Below are positions 27,318 to 36,919 of a stretch of 64,000 bases of DNA, in pieces. Position numbers and translations under genes: made by a program. Origin of the DNA: a virus; IMG/VR virus record IMGVR_UViG_3300035698_011202, positions 1-64,000 of that record; one strand, written 5' to 3'. Every line of letters begins with the position of its first letter. Positions within the stretch are counted from its first letter, which is position 1. The notes under the pieces are model-generated. The model saw nothing but the letters and a program-made list of their open reading frames with translations. It had not been told where the DNA came from and searched no databases.

Positions 27318-28223
27318 TTAGTTTATATACCTGTTTAGTGAAACGCCCTGAAAACCGGCTGAGCTGGTGACACCTTGTAAAAATGCGCGTTCTAATAACT
27401 GATGGTTAACCACGTACCTAGTACCGGCATCCCCTTTACCACCATTAGCTTTTAAGTAGTGAAAAAGAGCACCGTTGTTTATATCCATAGGCGACCCTGT
27501 ATTCGCGTTTAATATTTTTTCTTGCTGTAATTTTTCAGCAATAATATCGTCGTATAAATCTTTCTTGAGTCTTTTTAAGTCTGGGAGTGCAACGATAGTG
27601 GTCTTTGTGCCTGCGATGCCATCGAACATAGCTCTAAATACATGCTTGTTACCGAATGCCTTTATCTTGTCTTTACCAGAACTGGCACCGAAACTTTCCA
27701 TTAACTTCTTAGCGTTTTTTCGCTCAACCACTTTAAAAGCGTCTTCCCAACTAATGAAGGATTTCTTTTTTTGGTCATAAGGTGTGTTGTTCTTAGTTAG
27801 GCGAACACCTCGTCTAAATAACGATGCACCGCCGGTGCTTATATTTTTTTCTACACCACCGAACGCAGCTAGTAAGTCCTCTTCATCTTTATCAGCTAAA
27901 TACTGTAAGGTTTGAGCGAGGTTATAACCAAGACCACTCCAAAGGTCTGAGGGGGGGTTTGTGCCTCCCGCTTTTTCTTGACGCCAACTCATCGTTAGAG
28001 GCGATGAACGATTGGCGATATTCAATCCAGCGCCACCTTTAAAGCTCACTGTTTTTCGAGCAGGGTTCATGTTTTCAACAAAATCAAACAAACTTCTGAA
28101 AAAGTTCTTTAGAAATTTCTCAGAACCTTTAGTTACCTTGGCGTTAGTAACTTCTATCTCAGTTTCAAGCATGTCTTCTAAGTGTCTCTCTAGGGCTTGT
28201 TTGAAATTGAGAACTAACGCCAC
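27318..28223 (-). CDS. Neck/morphogenesis protein (hypothetical)
   Basis: Gene order in head-tail region. Confidence 0.45.
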   Translation of the reverse strand: MALVLNFKQALERHLEDMLETEIEVTNAKVTKGSEKFLKNFFRSLFDFVENMNPARKTVSFKGGAGLNIANRSSPLTMSWRQEKAGGTNPPSDLWSGLGYNLAQTLQYLADKDEEDLLAAFGGVEKNISTGGASLFRRGVRLTKNNTPYDQKKKSFISWEDAFKVVERKNAKKLMESFGASSGKDKIKAFGNKHVFRAMFDGIAGTKTTIVALPDLKRLKKDLYDDIIAEKLQQEKILNANTGSPMDINNGALFHYLKANGGKGDAGTRYVVNHQLLERAFLQGVTSSAGFQGVSLNRYIN

Positions 28224-28711
28224 TAGTTGACCTCCACTCGATATAACCCTGAAATATTTCTAATAGTCTTAATGGTTTTGCCATTAATCTTATCATTTAG
28301 CCCTACGGATTCTGCCAGATAATAAATACTTCTCTCTACTACCAGTGAACGCTCATCTGTCAGATTTCCTAATTCGAATACACCCACTATCTGTCGAGTG
28401 CCAATGCTGACTTCTGCGGTCGCTAAACCCGTAACAGGGTGTATGCCTGTGCGCTTTGAATTAAGGGTGACTAAAGTGTTAATGTGCAAACCAAGATACA
28501 CAGCATAACCTTCGGTCATATGATGGTCAGCTAGTAACAGTAAAGGCTTGTCGTTTGTAGATTTTAAAACACGGTTAAAATGTTTATTGTATTTCAGAGG
28601 TAGATACACCAACGAGCGCACTGGCATCATGGTGCTAATATTCTGGCTAGGTTTAGTAACCGCAGCTTGGACTTTTTTATAACCCATTCTATAAGATTTA
28701 TAAGGTGTCAT
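28223..28711 (-). CDS. Head closure/adaptor-like protein
   Basis: Gene order; beta-rich. Confidence 0.45.
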   Translation of the reverse strand: MTPYKSYRMGYKKVQAAVTKPSQNISTMMPVRSLVYLPLKYNKHFNRVLKSTNDKPLLLLADHHMTEGYAVYLGLHINTLVTLNSKRTGIHPVTGLATAEVSIGTRQIVGVFELGNLTDERSLVVERSIYYLAESVGLNDKINGKTIKTIRNISGLYRVEVN

Positions 28712-29400
28712 TAGACCCCCGTGAACGGATCGGTTCGGGCTACTATCGTCAATAAAGGAATAATCGGTGAGGCTTGCTCAGGTACAAACTTAGTACGCAG
28801 CTCTCTAACCAATCCCTCGAATCGCTGACGTAGAGCTTCAAAATCAAAATTAGCTAAACGCGTTTTACGAATATCGTCTATTGAAAAGCTTTTTAATAAT
28901 TTAAGTTCTAAAAATAACGTTTGTCGCAGGGCTTCTTCATACAAAATAAGTTCGTTAGCATCGGTAGGGTTGTATTGTTCAGCAAGAATATCGATACCTA
29001 AACTTTCGTTTATCGCATAATACCGGCTGTATAAATCAACATCGCTATCAGGAAGCTCACTGGCACTGACACCTAGAGAAGCCCTGACGTTATCAGGAGT
29101 AACAAAGATGAAGGTGTGCTTCTCTAATCTGATAAAGTCTCTGAAAACTCTACTACGGCCCTCAGATTGGAAGTTTAGTATTAGCGTAAACATCTTATTA
29201 GGCTCGTTGTCTAATAATGTCCCAAACTCACTAGCTGGTATAACAATATGCGCGTCAAAAGCAGGAGAGTCATCATAAAATACCTCACCGTTTCGAGCTT
29301 TTAATCGGACACGGACTACGCCCGAATCAGGTGTGAACTGTTCGTCATTTATAACAAAATCACTAAATATTAAATCATCACCAGACTCAAGGCGTATCAT
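28711..29400 (-). CDS. Head-tail connector-like protein
   Basis: VTPDNVRASLGV...ELPD gp6-like helix; start context TTTACGATG (motif variant). Confidence 0.55.
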   Translation of the reverse strand: MIRLESGDDLIFSDFVINDEQFTPDSGVVRVRLKARNGEVFYDDSPAFDAHIVIPASEFGTLLDNEPNKMFTLILNFQSEGRSRVFRDFIRLEKHTFIFVTPDNVRASLGVSASELPDSDVDLYSRYYAINESLGIDILAEQYNPTDANELILYEEALRQTLFLELKLLKSFSIDDIRKTRLANFDFEALRQRFEGLVRELRTKFVPEQASPIIPLLTIVARTDPFTGV

Positions 29401-29409
29401 CGTAAATCC

Positions 29410-29730
29410 TTACTTCTTAGAAATCGTTTTTGCTTTGGCAGGGGGCTTAGTAGAAATTTTATTTTCTGTGGCTTCGTCTTCAACTGTCAAAGAAGCAATG
29501 TAATTTTGAACCGCTGATTCAACATCGCCATCGTGGGCCTTTAAAAATTTCTCGAACTCAAGGTCACAAGCTTCTTCTGGCAGTGAATTAAAGCTTCTTA
29601 CTAGCTTCTCATGCACCAACTCATTTAATCGATTTGAGCTATGAATCACAGTAGGTCGGTGAGCGTAAATGTACTCAGACCCAAGCATGTAACTGAAATC
29701 CCCAATTGATTCAACAATATGTTTAGACAT
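29410..29730 (-). CDS. Hypothetical head-region protein
   Basis: AGGT RBS, follows capsid gene. Confidence 0.55.
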   Translation of the reverse strand: MSKHIVESIGDFSYMLGSEYIYAHRPTVIHSSNRLNELVHEKLVRSFNSLPEEACDLEFEKFLKAHDGDVESAVQNYIASLTVEDEATENKISTKPPAKAKTISKK

Positions 29731-29741
29731 GGTATTACCTT

Positions 29742-29768
29742 AAAAAAGAGGGTGGGAAACCCACCCTC
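29742..29768 (-). terminator. Intrinsic terminator after major capsid gene
   Basis: GAGGGTGGG-TTT-CCCACCCTC followed by T-rich tract. Confidence 0.8.
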
Positions 29769-29778
29769 AAAGGGAGAC

Positions 29779-30990
29779 TTACGCTAAGGTGTTAAAAATT
29801 GTGCGCGTATCGCCGTACACTAAACGGTAACCAGTATTAATGGTTCTTACGTAAGTGATAGACTGGTTTTTGATAGCTTCTTCAGATTCATTAACTACTG
29901 AACCTGTTTCAACTAGCTCTTCTAACGTGTCACCTTGAGAGTAACAAATTAGCTGACCGGCTGGCGCAGAGCTTGATATACGAATAGACACGCCATTCAT
30001 AAAGTCCAAGTTCATTGAAAAGCTAGGCATACCACGGCCCTGAAGCGTTTCAGCATCAGAACTTTGATTGCCATTGTTCGGTAAGAACATTAGGAACAAT
30101 TCTAAAAACATAGAATAGTTACATACGATGGTATCAACCGGCACCATGTCGCGGGCGCGTTGAGTCAAGAAGTCAGCTAAAGCAACATAGTTGTCTTTTA
30201 GGGACTTGGCACCTGAAACATCCCAATTCTTATAACCAGAAGCAGCTTTAACAGTCGCAGCTGCATGAACACCATCACCACTAACTAACAAGTTAGTTGC
30301 TTGACGAACTTTACCGATTTCCATGTTACGAACAATACGAGCAACATAGGGCGTTAGTATGTCTAAGCTTGCACGACGTTCAAATTCGTATGAAGTACGA
30401 ATACCAGAACCATGCTTGAAGAACTTAACGCGACGGTCACTAGACGTAATTGTCTGCATTGGGATGTTCGCTAGTTCTGCGATAGGTGACGTATTAAGGT
30501 TACCTGCATCGTCAAAAATAGCTTCCGTGATAATCTCGTTACCTGTAACTGTACGGGTCTGAGAAACCATACCAGTAGTGCTTTCAAACTGGTCTAAACG
30601 ATTGGTGAACTGCATCATGTCATCAATAGTTTCTGGGAAAAGCGCACGAACTCCTGGACGGGTTGCAAACGTATCTGCAGCAGCTTGAAGGGTCACACCA
30701 GATTTAAAGTCATTTTTAAATGGTAAGTTAAGCTCAGAAAGAGCAGCTTCATAACCTGTTAAAAATTGACCGTTGGCCCCTACGAAGCGGTTGTGCTTGT
30801 TCTCGTCAACTGAGCTTGCAACGTCAATCGAAAGAGTAAGGAAGTCACGGATACTTAGTCCAAATTGCTTTGCCTGTGAGCAAAGTTTAAGACCCGCATT
30901 TTTAGAAACTTCTTGTCTGTCATCAGCTAAACCAGCAAGTACTTCGTTTACTGTTCCGCGTTTGACCTGAGTTAAAGGTGTTAAATTCAT
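29779..30990 (-). CDS. Major capsid protein (HK97-fold expected)
   Basis: About 403 aa, after protease and decoration genes, IAELANIP and KHGSGIRTSYE E-loop/backbone pattern, terminator downstream. Confidence 0.85.
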   Translation of the reverse strand: MNLTPLTQVKRGTVNEVLAGLADDRQEVSKNAGLKLCSQAKQFGLSIRDFLTLSIDVASSVDENKHNRFVGANGQFLTGYEAALSELNLPFKNDFKSGVTLQAAADTFATRPGVRALFPETIDDMMQFTNRLDQFESTTGMVSQTRTVTGNEIITEAIFDDAGNLNTSPIAELANIPMQTITSSDRRVKFFKHGSGIRTSYEFERRASLDILTPYVARIVRNMEIGKVRQATNLLVSGDGVHAAATVKAASGYKNWDVSGAKSLKDNYVALADFLTQRARDMVPVDTIVCNYSMFLELFLMFLPNNGNQSSDAETLQGRGMPSFSMNLDFMNGVSIRISSSAPAGQLICYSQGDTLEELVETGSVVNESEEAIKNQSITYVRTINTGYRLVYGDTRTIFNTLA

Positions 30991-31017
30991 CGTCAATCTC
31001 CAAATTTTAAATTGTTC

Positions 31018-31407
31018 TTAGCGAATAATAAATTCGCAAGTGCCTTCAGCAGTGTCTACCTGAGTAACTACAATGTTTGTAGCCGTTGCAGATGCTTTAG
31101 GATAACCAGCATCAGTTGAACCTTGTAAGCCGCCGCCAACTACAGGGGCAGTGCCGACGTAGGTGGCTTTACTACAAAGCATCCAAGAAACCGCACCAGT
31201 TTTAGAACCTTCAGTTACACGGTCTTCATAAGACTCTAGGTAACCAAAAATAACGTCGCCATCGCCAGCTAAGCCTACCAAATGGTTGCCTTTTAAAGCG
31301 ACCAATTTACCTACATCAGCGTTAGCCGTGATGCTTGCATCTAGTTCGAAAGTAGCCGCTGCTGATTCAGTGCGAATACCGTTATGTGTTAGTTGTCCGA
31401 TATACAT
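31018..31407 (-). CDS. Capsid decoration protein
   Basis: Small G/A/V-rich beta protein between protease and capsid. Confidence 0.65.
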   Translation of the reverse strand: MYIGQLTHNGIRTESAAATFELDASITANADVGKLVALKGNHLVGLAGDGDVIFGYLESYEDRVTEGSKTGAVSWMLCSKATYVGTAPVVGGGLQGSTDAGYPKASATATNIVVTQVDTAEGTCEFIIR

Positions 31408-31421
31408 AAGTAATCTCCAAT

Positions 31422-32600
31422 TTATTTAGTTTGAAACGCACTGTTCCGAGATAGCATAGCTATTTGAGATAAGTTCACTTCGCCAGAGGTAGGCTCATTC
31501 GTTAGTCCACCGCGAGGAATAGCCGCAAGTTTAATTTGCGCGTTCTTCATCAAAGTGATTTTTTCGTCGTTAGACAGACCTTCTTTTAACTCAAGCTCAG
31601 CCGCTACCGCTGCTGCCTTGACTTGGGCATCAAAAAACTCTTGTAAAGGCTTTTGGCCTTCGACAGCAGCTTCCAATTCGACCAATTTCTTTGCGGTTTC
31701 TGACTGTTCAGTTGCCGCTAGTTCTAGTACTAATTTGTCTACCTTATCTTGCAGAGCCGCAACTTCGGTTTTAGAAGCAGCCAGTGCTAAATCTGCACCT
31801 TCCATCTTCACTTCCAATCGTGCTTTGTCTGCTGATAAGCTACTTACTTGATCCGTTATATCTTTTAAGTTCATGTCGTTGCCTTCATCATCATTTATAG
31901 TTGGGGTGGTTGCGGAGCAAAGAAGATAAGCCATTTCGATACCCTTATCGGACATACTAGATGCCGCCAAGGACTGATAGCGTTCTTTACCCAATCGCTG
32001 CTTCGCAGAACCAACGATTTTTGGTTTATCACTCGCGCCTTTACCCACAAGTGACAATTCTTTCCAAGAGCTAAGCTTGGTCAATCTTAGGTGAGTGCCA
32101 TTTACACCAAGGGCATGACCCTCATCGCACTCTCTAAAATAAAAATTCATTTCATTGTTTTCAGCCATATAATCGAAATCACATTCTGAACAATAAGCGT
32201 GGAGAGGTAAGGCACCAACACTTACTTCGTCTATAATCCCAAGGTCAATCTTTTTAGCTTCATCGCTATCAGACTCAACGTAGAACAAGGCGACCAAATC
32301 TTTATGACCAGATTCCGCATCAAGGACCGCAGCATCAAATACTTTACCAGCGGGCAACATGGAACCTTCGTGCATGATGAGAATAGGTACAGATTCAGAA
32401 AGTAAGTGCTCGGACATTTCTACGAGAAATGCTTCCGACATAACTGCTCCGTCGTAAGCAGTTCGAGATTGGTGAATGGGTCTTGTACTGGCGGCAACAG
32501 ATTCATAAGCCGCAATGAGGTTGAAGTCAATATCGTCATTGCCTGAAGCAAGACGTATCTTTTTCTTCAACTGTTCGCTAAGTTGTAGTCGTTTGCTCAT
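31422..32600 (-). CDS. Prohead protease with C-terminal scaffold
   Basis: MHEG..LPAGK, DEVSVG, ELSLVGKGA (HK97/herpes-type protease) then a coiled coil; CxxC insert; start context TAGACGATG. Confidence 0.8.
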   Translation of the reverse strand: MSKRLQLSEQLKKKIRLASGNDDIDFNLIAAYESVAASTRPIHQSRTAYDGAVMSEAFLVEMSEHLLSESVPILIMHEGSMLPAGKVFDAAVLDAESGHKDLVALFYVESDSDEAKKIDLGIIDEVSVGALPLHAYCSECDFDYMAENNEMNFYFRECDEGHALGVNGTHLRLTKLSSWKELSLVGKGASDKPKIVGSAKQRLGKERYQSLAASSMSDKGIEMAYLLCSATTPTINDDEGNDMNLKDITDQVSSLSADKARLEVKMEGADLALAASKTEVAALQDKVDKLVLELAATEQSETAKKLVELEAAVEGQKPLQEFFDAQVKAAAVAAELELKEGLSNDEKITLMKNAQIKLAAIPRGGLTNEPTSGEVNLSQIAMLSRNSAFQTK

Positions 32601-32674
32601 CGTCTATCCAAATTTTAAAGGCAAGCCTTATTAGCTGTATTAAAAACATTATTTACGAAAATAATCAACCCTAC

Positions 32675-34120
32675 CTAGTTACTCTTAGCTTGTTTATCCG
32701 CAGCTCTTGAGACACTTTCACCAGCAGGGTCAGAGTTAGGTGAAATACGTGTGGCATCAACCTCTAGTTTTTTACTGTTAAAGCCCGTTCCTGATAGCTC
32801 AGGAGATGAATCAGGGCGTATACGGCGATACATAGCTAAATGATATTCGTCGTCAGTAATCAAGCCATCACTCAAATCTTGTCTCAAGCGTGAGTTTTTC
32901 ATGGTGATGTTAGCTTCGCCTTCCAACTCAGAGCGGAGATTTATTTCTGGGAACTTCACTTTTACTCGACCCTCAGAGCCTTGCAAACGTAGCGCCATAG
33001 TCAGAATTTTACTTAACACTTCAGCAATAGGTTTGTTGATACTGTCAGCGTTCATCGCAAACAAGTTGGCTTCCACCGTAGCAGTGTTAACTCCGCTTTC
33101 CCCACGACCCAAAACCGTTGCCATGGTCCTAAGACCCGCTTGGTTTTGCGCGTTTAGCACTTCAATCATTTTACTAATATCAAGACCCGCTGCAGGATTG
33201 CTATCATTTAGCATTTTGACTTCCATCGAGTCGGTGTGAATGATGGGTTGGTCAGGTCTAATAGCCGCGAACTGCGCTCCCATTTCACCGCGTCGGGCGT
33301 TGATGTATTGGCGTAGCTTTAATTGGTCGTTACGTATCTCAGGGGGTGCATTTTTTACTAGGACTTCTTCCAGTACTTTTAGCGTAATGCGAGGGAAGCC
33401 GGTGATTTGCATAATACGATACAAGTCATTAATAACTTGCTGACGTGCCGCCATGGTGTTGATGGCTGATATAAATGGACTACTTGAATACACATCACTG
33501 GGGTCTTTGCGAAACCATGCTACAAAAAACGTCGGTATGTCTAGCTTTACGGGGTCACCGCCACCTTGGTCTTGGTACGGCACCAACTTACCGGCTTCTT
33601 TTTCTTGCCAGCGGATTGAGGCTAATTCTACCAAACGTATTTCCGTTAGTTCTAAAATATCTCCAAACACCGCTTCGGCACCAATACCACCTTGAGCAAT
33701 TATCATGTAACGAAAATCATTAGCCAGTTCAGCTAGTGTTCTCTTGTGAACAAAGCCTTTGGTATAATCACGACGAGTTTCTAGCACCTCAATTATTTCG
33801 TTTACAAGCTTGTACGCCTCGCGGTCTACTGCGCCATCTACATCAGTAACTTCTATGTAAGGCAGGACTTTACCCGCCGTAGTTAGATACGCGTTTAGAG
33901 AGGCACTAGCATCAGGGTCAGATTTTAATAAACTTTTTATTAATTCTTGAGAGTTAGAAGACCTACGTAGGCTTAGTAAGTCATCAAGGTGCTCACGATA
34001 AGCGGGTAGCCCAAAAACGTCATCCTTTTTTTCTTCTTCAAAAGTAGGCGTTATGAAGCTGCCTTTGGGCTTTGTTCGGGTAGGGATAAGAATCTTTAGT
34101 TTGCTAAGTATGTTTGCCAT
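32675..34120 (-). CDS. Portal protein
   Basis: 481 aa between terminase and protease; start context CTGACGATG. Confidence 0.8.
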   Translation of the reverse strand: MANILSKLKILIPTRTKPKGSFITPTFEEEKKDDVFGLPAYREHLDDLLSLRRSSNSQELIKSLLKSDPDASASLNAYLTTAGKVLPYIEVTDVDGAVDREAYKLVNEIIEVLETRRDYTKGFVHKRTLAELANDFRYMIIAQGGIGAEAVFGDILELTEIRLVELASIRWQEKEAGKLVPYQDQGGGDPVKLDIPTFFVAWFRKDPSDVYSSSPFISAINTMAARQQVINDLYRIMQITGFPRITLKVLEEVLVKNAPPEIRNDQLKLRQYINARRGEMGAQFAAIRPDQPIIHTDSMEVKMLNDSNPAAGLDISKMIEVLNAQNQAGLRTMATVLGRGESGVNTATVEANLFAMNADSINKPIAEVLSKILTMALRLQGSEGRVKVKFPEINLRSELEGEANITMKNSRLRQDLSDGLITDDEYHLAMYRRIRPDSSPELSGTGFNSKKLEVDATRISPNSDPAGESVSRAADKQAKSN

Positions 34121-34134
34121 CGTCAGTCCAATTT

Positions 34135-36372
34135 TTAGTATCGTGTGATAATTTTATCAGGCGAATAACTATTGCCAAAGCCAATCAAGTCTTGCGCCCC
34201 AAAAAAGTCCTCACTTTCGCCGGACATTAGCATGTTGCTATGACGTATACCAGATAGCCCCACGGTTAAGTTGACGAAGGGTTCTTTGCCTTCTACGTAA
34301 CGATAATACTCAATAGACCCAAACATATAACCTAACGCATGAAAGAAGTGGTCGTTACCATTTAATTTAACCCAGACCGGAATCTTCTCGTCGTTTTCTT
34401 CTCGTACCATGTCTACTAAATGCTCTATAATCATGGTCTTGAATTTACCAAACCCATCGAGGAATAAGTTTCGCTTCTTAATACCAAAAAACACGGAATC
34501 TAGGACGTGGGTTCTGTTTATCTGAACGTAATCTAACTTGTCTAAGCCATCCGTGACCAAAGCAATAGGCTTGTTGACCGTGTAATGAGCAGGAGCAATT
34601 TTTCCATCACTGGCTTCGCGTATAGCATTAGCCGTGGGTGTGTAAGGGTAACGGTCCATCAGGCCACTGATGATGTTGTATTTAGCTCTCATGCTGTCTA
34701 CAAAAGACTGGATAGCCGATGAGGGGCACGTCATAAATTCAACTACGCGAATTTTTTCAGTCCCTTCCATACGCGCTACAACAATGTGACACGTTTTACC
34801 CACGTCTATACCTATGAAGTGGGGTAGGGTGTTATCGACAGGCGGGCATCCAGCGTAGCCAAACATCGCATCGACATCGCTGTCCGACATTTTCTGGTCT
34901 TCATTGGTGTAAGGCTCACCAAGCACCGTGTTGTGGAAGCCTTTTAAATTATCCTTTTCCAAGTACTTGAACATCTGAGTAAAACAATAAACAGGGTCCA
35001 GACGGTGTGTTGAGAAAGTCCTGACACGATAGCCTCGGTTTAAAGTCCTACTTGGATACTTAGCCACCCACTCACGATTATCATGGTCAGCAAGATTAAG
35101 AGGTTTGTGGCATTTCTCGCAATAAACTTTCGCAGTCTCAAGTTTAACTTGTCCACTATCAACAAGCTTAGATGAAAGGTGAATAAAACTATCACAATCA
35201 TCAGGCATACCATCGACACGAACAAAATCGCGGTTAAATAAAGGAACTTGGTGATGATTGCAAGCAGCACATTTAAGAATATATTCATGTTGGTCACTTC
35301 TAGCATAGCCTTTGTCAACACCAAACCCTTCATAGGTAGGTGTACTAAACCGCTGGCTGACTCGGTGGTCTGAACCCTGCAATCGAGAGTTGAACAAAGA
35401 CAGCATATCGGGGGGTGTTAAATCAATTTCATCGTTAAATACAAAGTCAGCATTGATAGATGTCGCATCTGCCTCGCTTGAGCCGGTGACATACAAGTAC
35501 GACGTACCAATTCTCATCAAATCCATGGATTGTTGCGTCTTATCTTGGGCATCTTGCCTGAATGCTTTGTCGTATTTCAGCAAGGGCTGGATACGCGCCT
35601 TAGAAATACGCTTAAACATTCGCTCGTTGGGCATGGTGTAGATTAATGACGTATTGGGTGTACGAATTAGCAGCGTTATTGCTTTGCGAATTTGTATCTC
35701 AGTGTTGTGCGTCGGTATCATTCCTCGACCACACAAAAACAAGTGAGAAGGTGAGTCTACTGATATACATCGAACAGGTACGGGGTCACAGGCTTTGATA
35801 GATTGTATGTAGTGGTGTCCAATCCCGTTCGCGGTGGGTATTCGTATCGTTCGACCCGTTACTAAATGGGCTAATCGATGAGTTGGATGCACGTTGACTT
35901 CTCTGTGCAGCTTAATTCCGAGAAAGTTGACGTAAGTTTCTACTTTCCAGCGATGACCAGCATCAGCGATTATTTTTTCCCCTCCTTTGAATTTTATTTC
36001 AAAGCAGTCATGGTCTTGATAAATGGGTGATACGTAAGTGACGTTGCAGTGCCGTAGATTTTCGTCAAAGACCACATCCCCCACATCAAGAGCGCCCATA
36101 TTACTAAACCCCCCGAGTACACGAACAGGCGTATCTAGCGCCAAAGCAAGACCAACCTGCGATGGCTTGATTACATCCATGTTTGGGTGCATATCGTCGG
36201 CTATCTGTTTTTGGAACGGGTATCGGTCAAAAGAGAAGGGGCGTTTGTTAAGGCTAGTGTTGGCACACATCCAATCGCCATGGCTCATATCAGCCGAATC
36301 TTTGTTATAGCGACCATTAGCTTTAGACACGAAGCTTTGAACAAAGCTGTTCTTTTTCATTCTCATCGCCAT
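34135..36372 (-). CDS. terL: Terminase large subunit (GpA-like) containing a mini-intein
   Basis: YPFQ adenine-binding motif, KPSQVGL|TE Walker A split by the intein, FNDEID Walker B, STPT, Zn fingers, GIDVG nuclease; start may be ATG at 36366. Confidence 0.92.
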   Translation of the reverse strand: MAMRMKKNSFVQSFVSKANGRYNKDSADMSHGDWMCANTSLNKRPFSFDRYPFQKQIADDMHPNMDVIKPSQVGLALALDTPVRVLGGFSNMGALDVGDVVFDENLRHCNVTYVSPIYQDHDCFEIKFKGGEKIIADAGHRWKVETYVNFLGIKLHREVNVHPTHRLAHLVTGRTIRIPTANGIGHHYIQSIKACDPVPVRCISVDSPSHLFLCGRGMIPTHNTEIQIRKAITLLIRTPNTSLIYTMPNERMFKRISKARIQPLLKYDKAFRQDAQDKTQQSMDLMRIGTSYLYVTGSSEADATSINADFVFNDEIDLTPPDMLSLFNSRLQGSDHRVSQRFSTPTYEGFGVDKGYARSDQHEYILKCAACNHHQVPLFNRDFVRVDGMPDDCDSFIHLSSKLVDSGQVKLETAKVYCEKCHKPLNLADHDNREWVAKYPSRTLNRGYRVRTFSTHRLDPVYCFTQMFKYLEKDNLKGFHNTVLGEPYTNEDQKMSDSDVDAMFGYAGCPPVDNTLPHFIGIDVGKTCHIVVARMEGTEKIRVVEFMTCPSSAIQSFVDSMRAKYNIISGLMDRYPYTPTANAIREASDGKIAPAHYTVNKPIALVTDGLDKLDYVQINRTHVLDSVFFGIKKRNLFLDGFGKFKTMIIEHLVDMVREENDEKIPVWVKLNGNDHFFHALGYMFGSIEYYRYVEGKEPFVNLTVGLSGIRHSNMLMSGESEDFFGAQDLIGFGNSYSPDKIITRY
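35704..36147 (-). mobile_element. Class 3 (Ala1) mini-intein, 148 aa, no homing endonuclease
   Basis: ALALDTPV N-terminus, ADAGHRW block B, VRCISV block F, IPTHN|T block G. Confidence 0.9.
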
Positions 36373-36434
36373 AGTTTAATTTTATGCGTGATAAGGTATC
36401 ATTTGTAGCGAAACATACAATATGGCAGATGACG

Positions 36435-36917
36435 ATGAGCAAGCACTACCCCGAAATGGATGCTCTTAGTATCCAACGATTTATCATTATAAAAAATATG
36501 ATGGATAACGACCCCCTGTACCTCGATGATGACCATTGCCCCTATGATTATGAGGTTGTTCAAAAGCTAAGACAGCTCCTAGATACCCCTAAAGCGCCGG
36601 TTTCATTTGTGGCCGAAGTCGAAGACCTAAATGAGCTTGATGAAATCGATTTTGAAGTGGAAACCAAGAAGCTGTTCCGCGATATAAAGCTGTTTAAAGC
36701 CACACTTAGTAATGATGACTCATCCGAGCAAGTGCAAACCTTTAGAACCATGGTGACACTTATCGAAAAAATGATTGAGTCACAAGAACGAGCATCGGGC
36801 ATCAAACAATTTACAGCCTTCACCTCAATGATTATGGACTCCATGGATAGGTATCTTACCCCTGTTCAAAAAACCGAGTTCCTAGAAACCCTCGAACTTA
36901 CATTGGATAGACAATAA
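36435..36917 (+). CDS. Helical hypothetical protein, candidate terminase small subunit
   Basis: Divergent neighbour of terL; coiled coil; start context ATGACGATGAG. Confidence 0.4.
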   Translation: MSKHYPEMDALSIQRFIIIKNMMDNDPLYLDDDHCPYDYEVVQKLRQLLDTPKAPVSFVAEVEDLNELDEIDFEVETKKLFRDIKLFKATLSNDDSSEQVQTFRTMVTLIEKMIESQERASGIKQFTAFTSMIMDSMDRYLTPVQKTEFLETLELTLDRQ

Positions 36918-36919
36918 TT

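Noticed and set aside
3916-36408. Many plus-strand ORFs overlapping structural genes (e.g. 21549-22199, 23844-24329, 6514-6747)
   Set aside because: Antisense shadows of long, well-supported minus-strand genes
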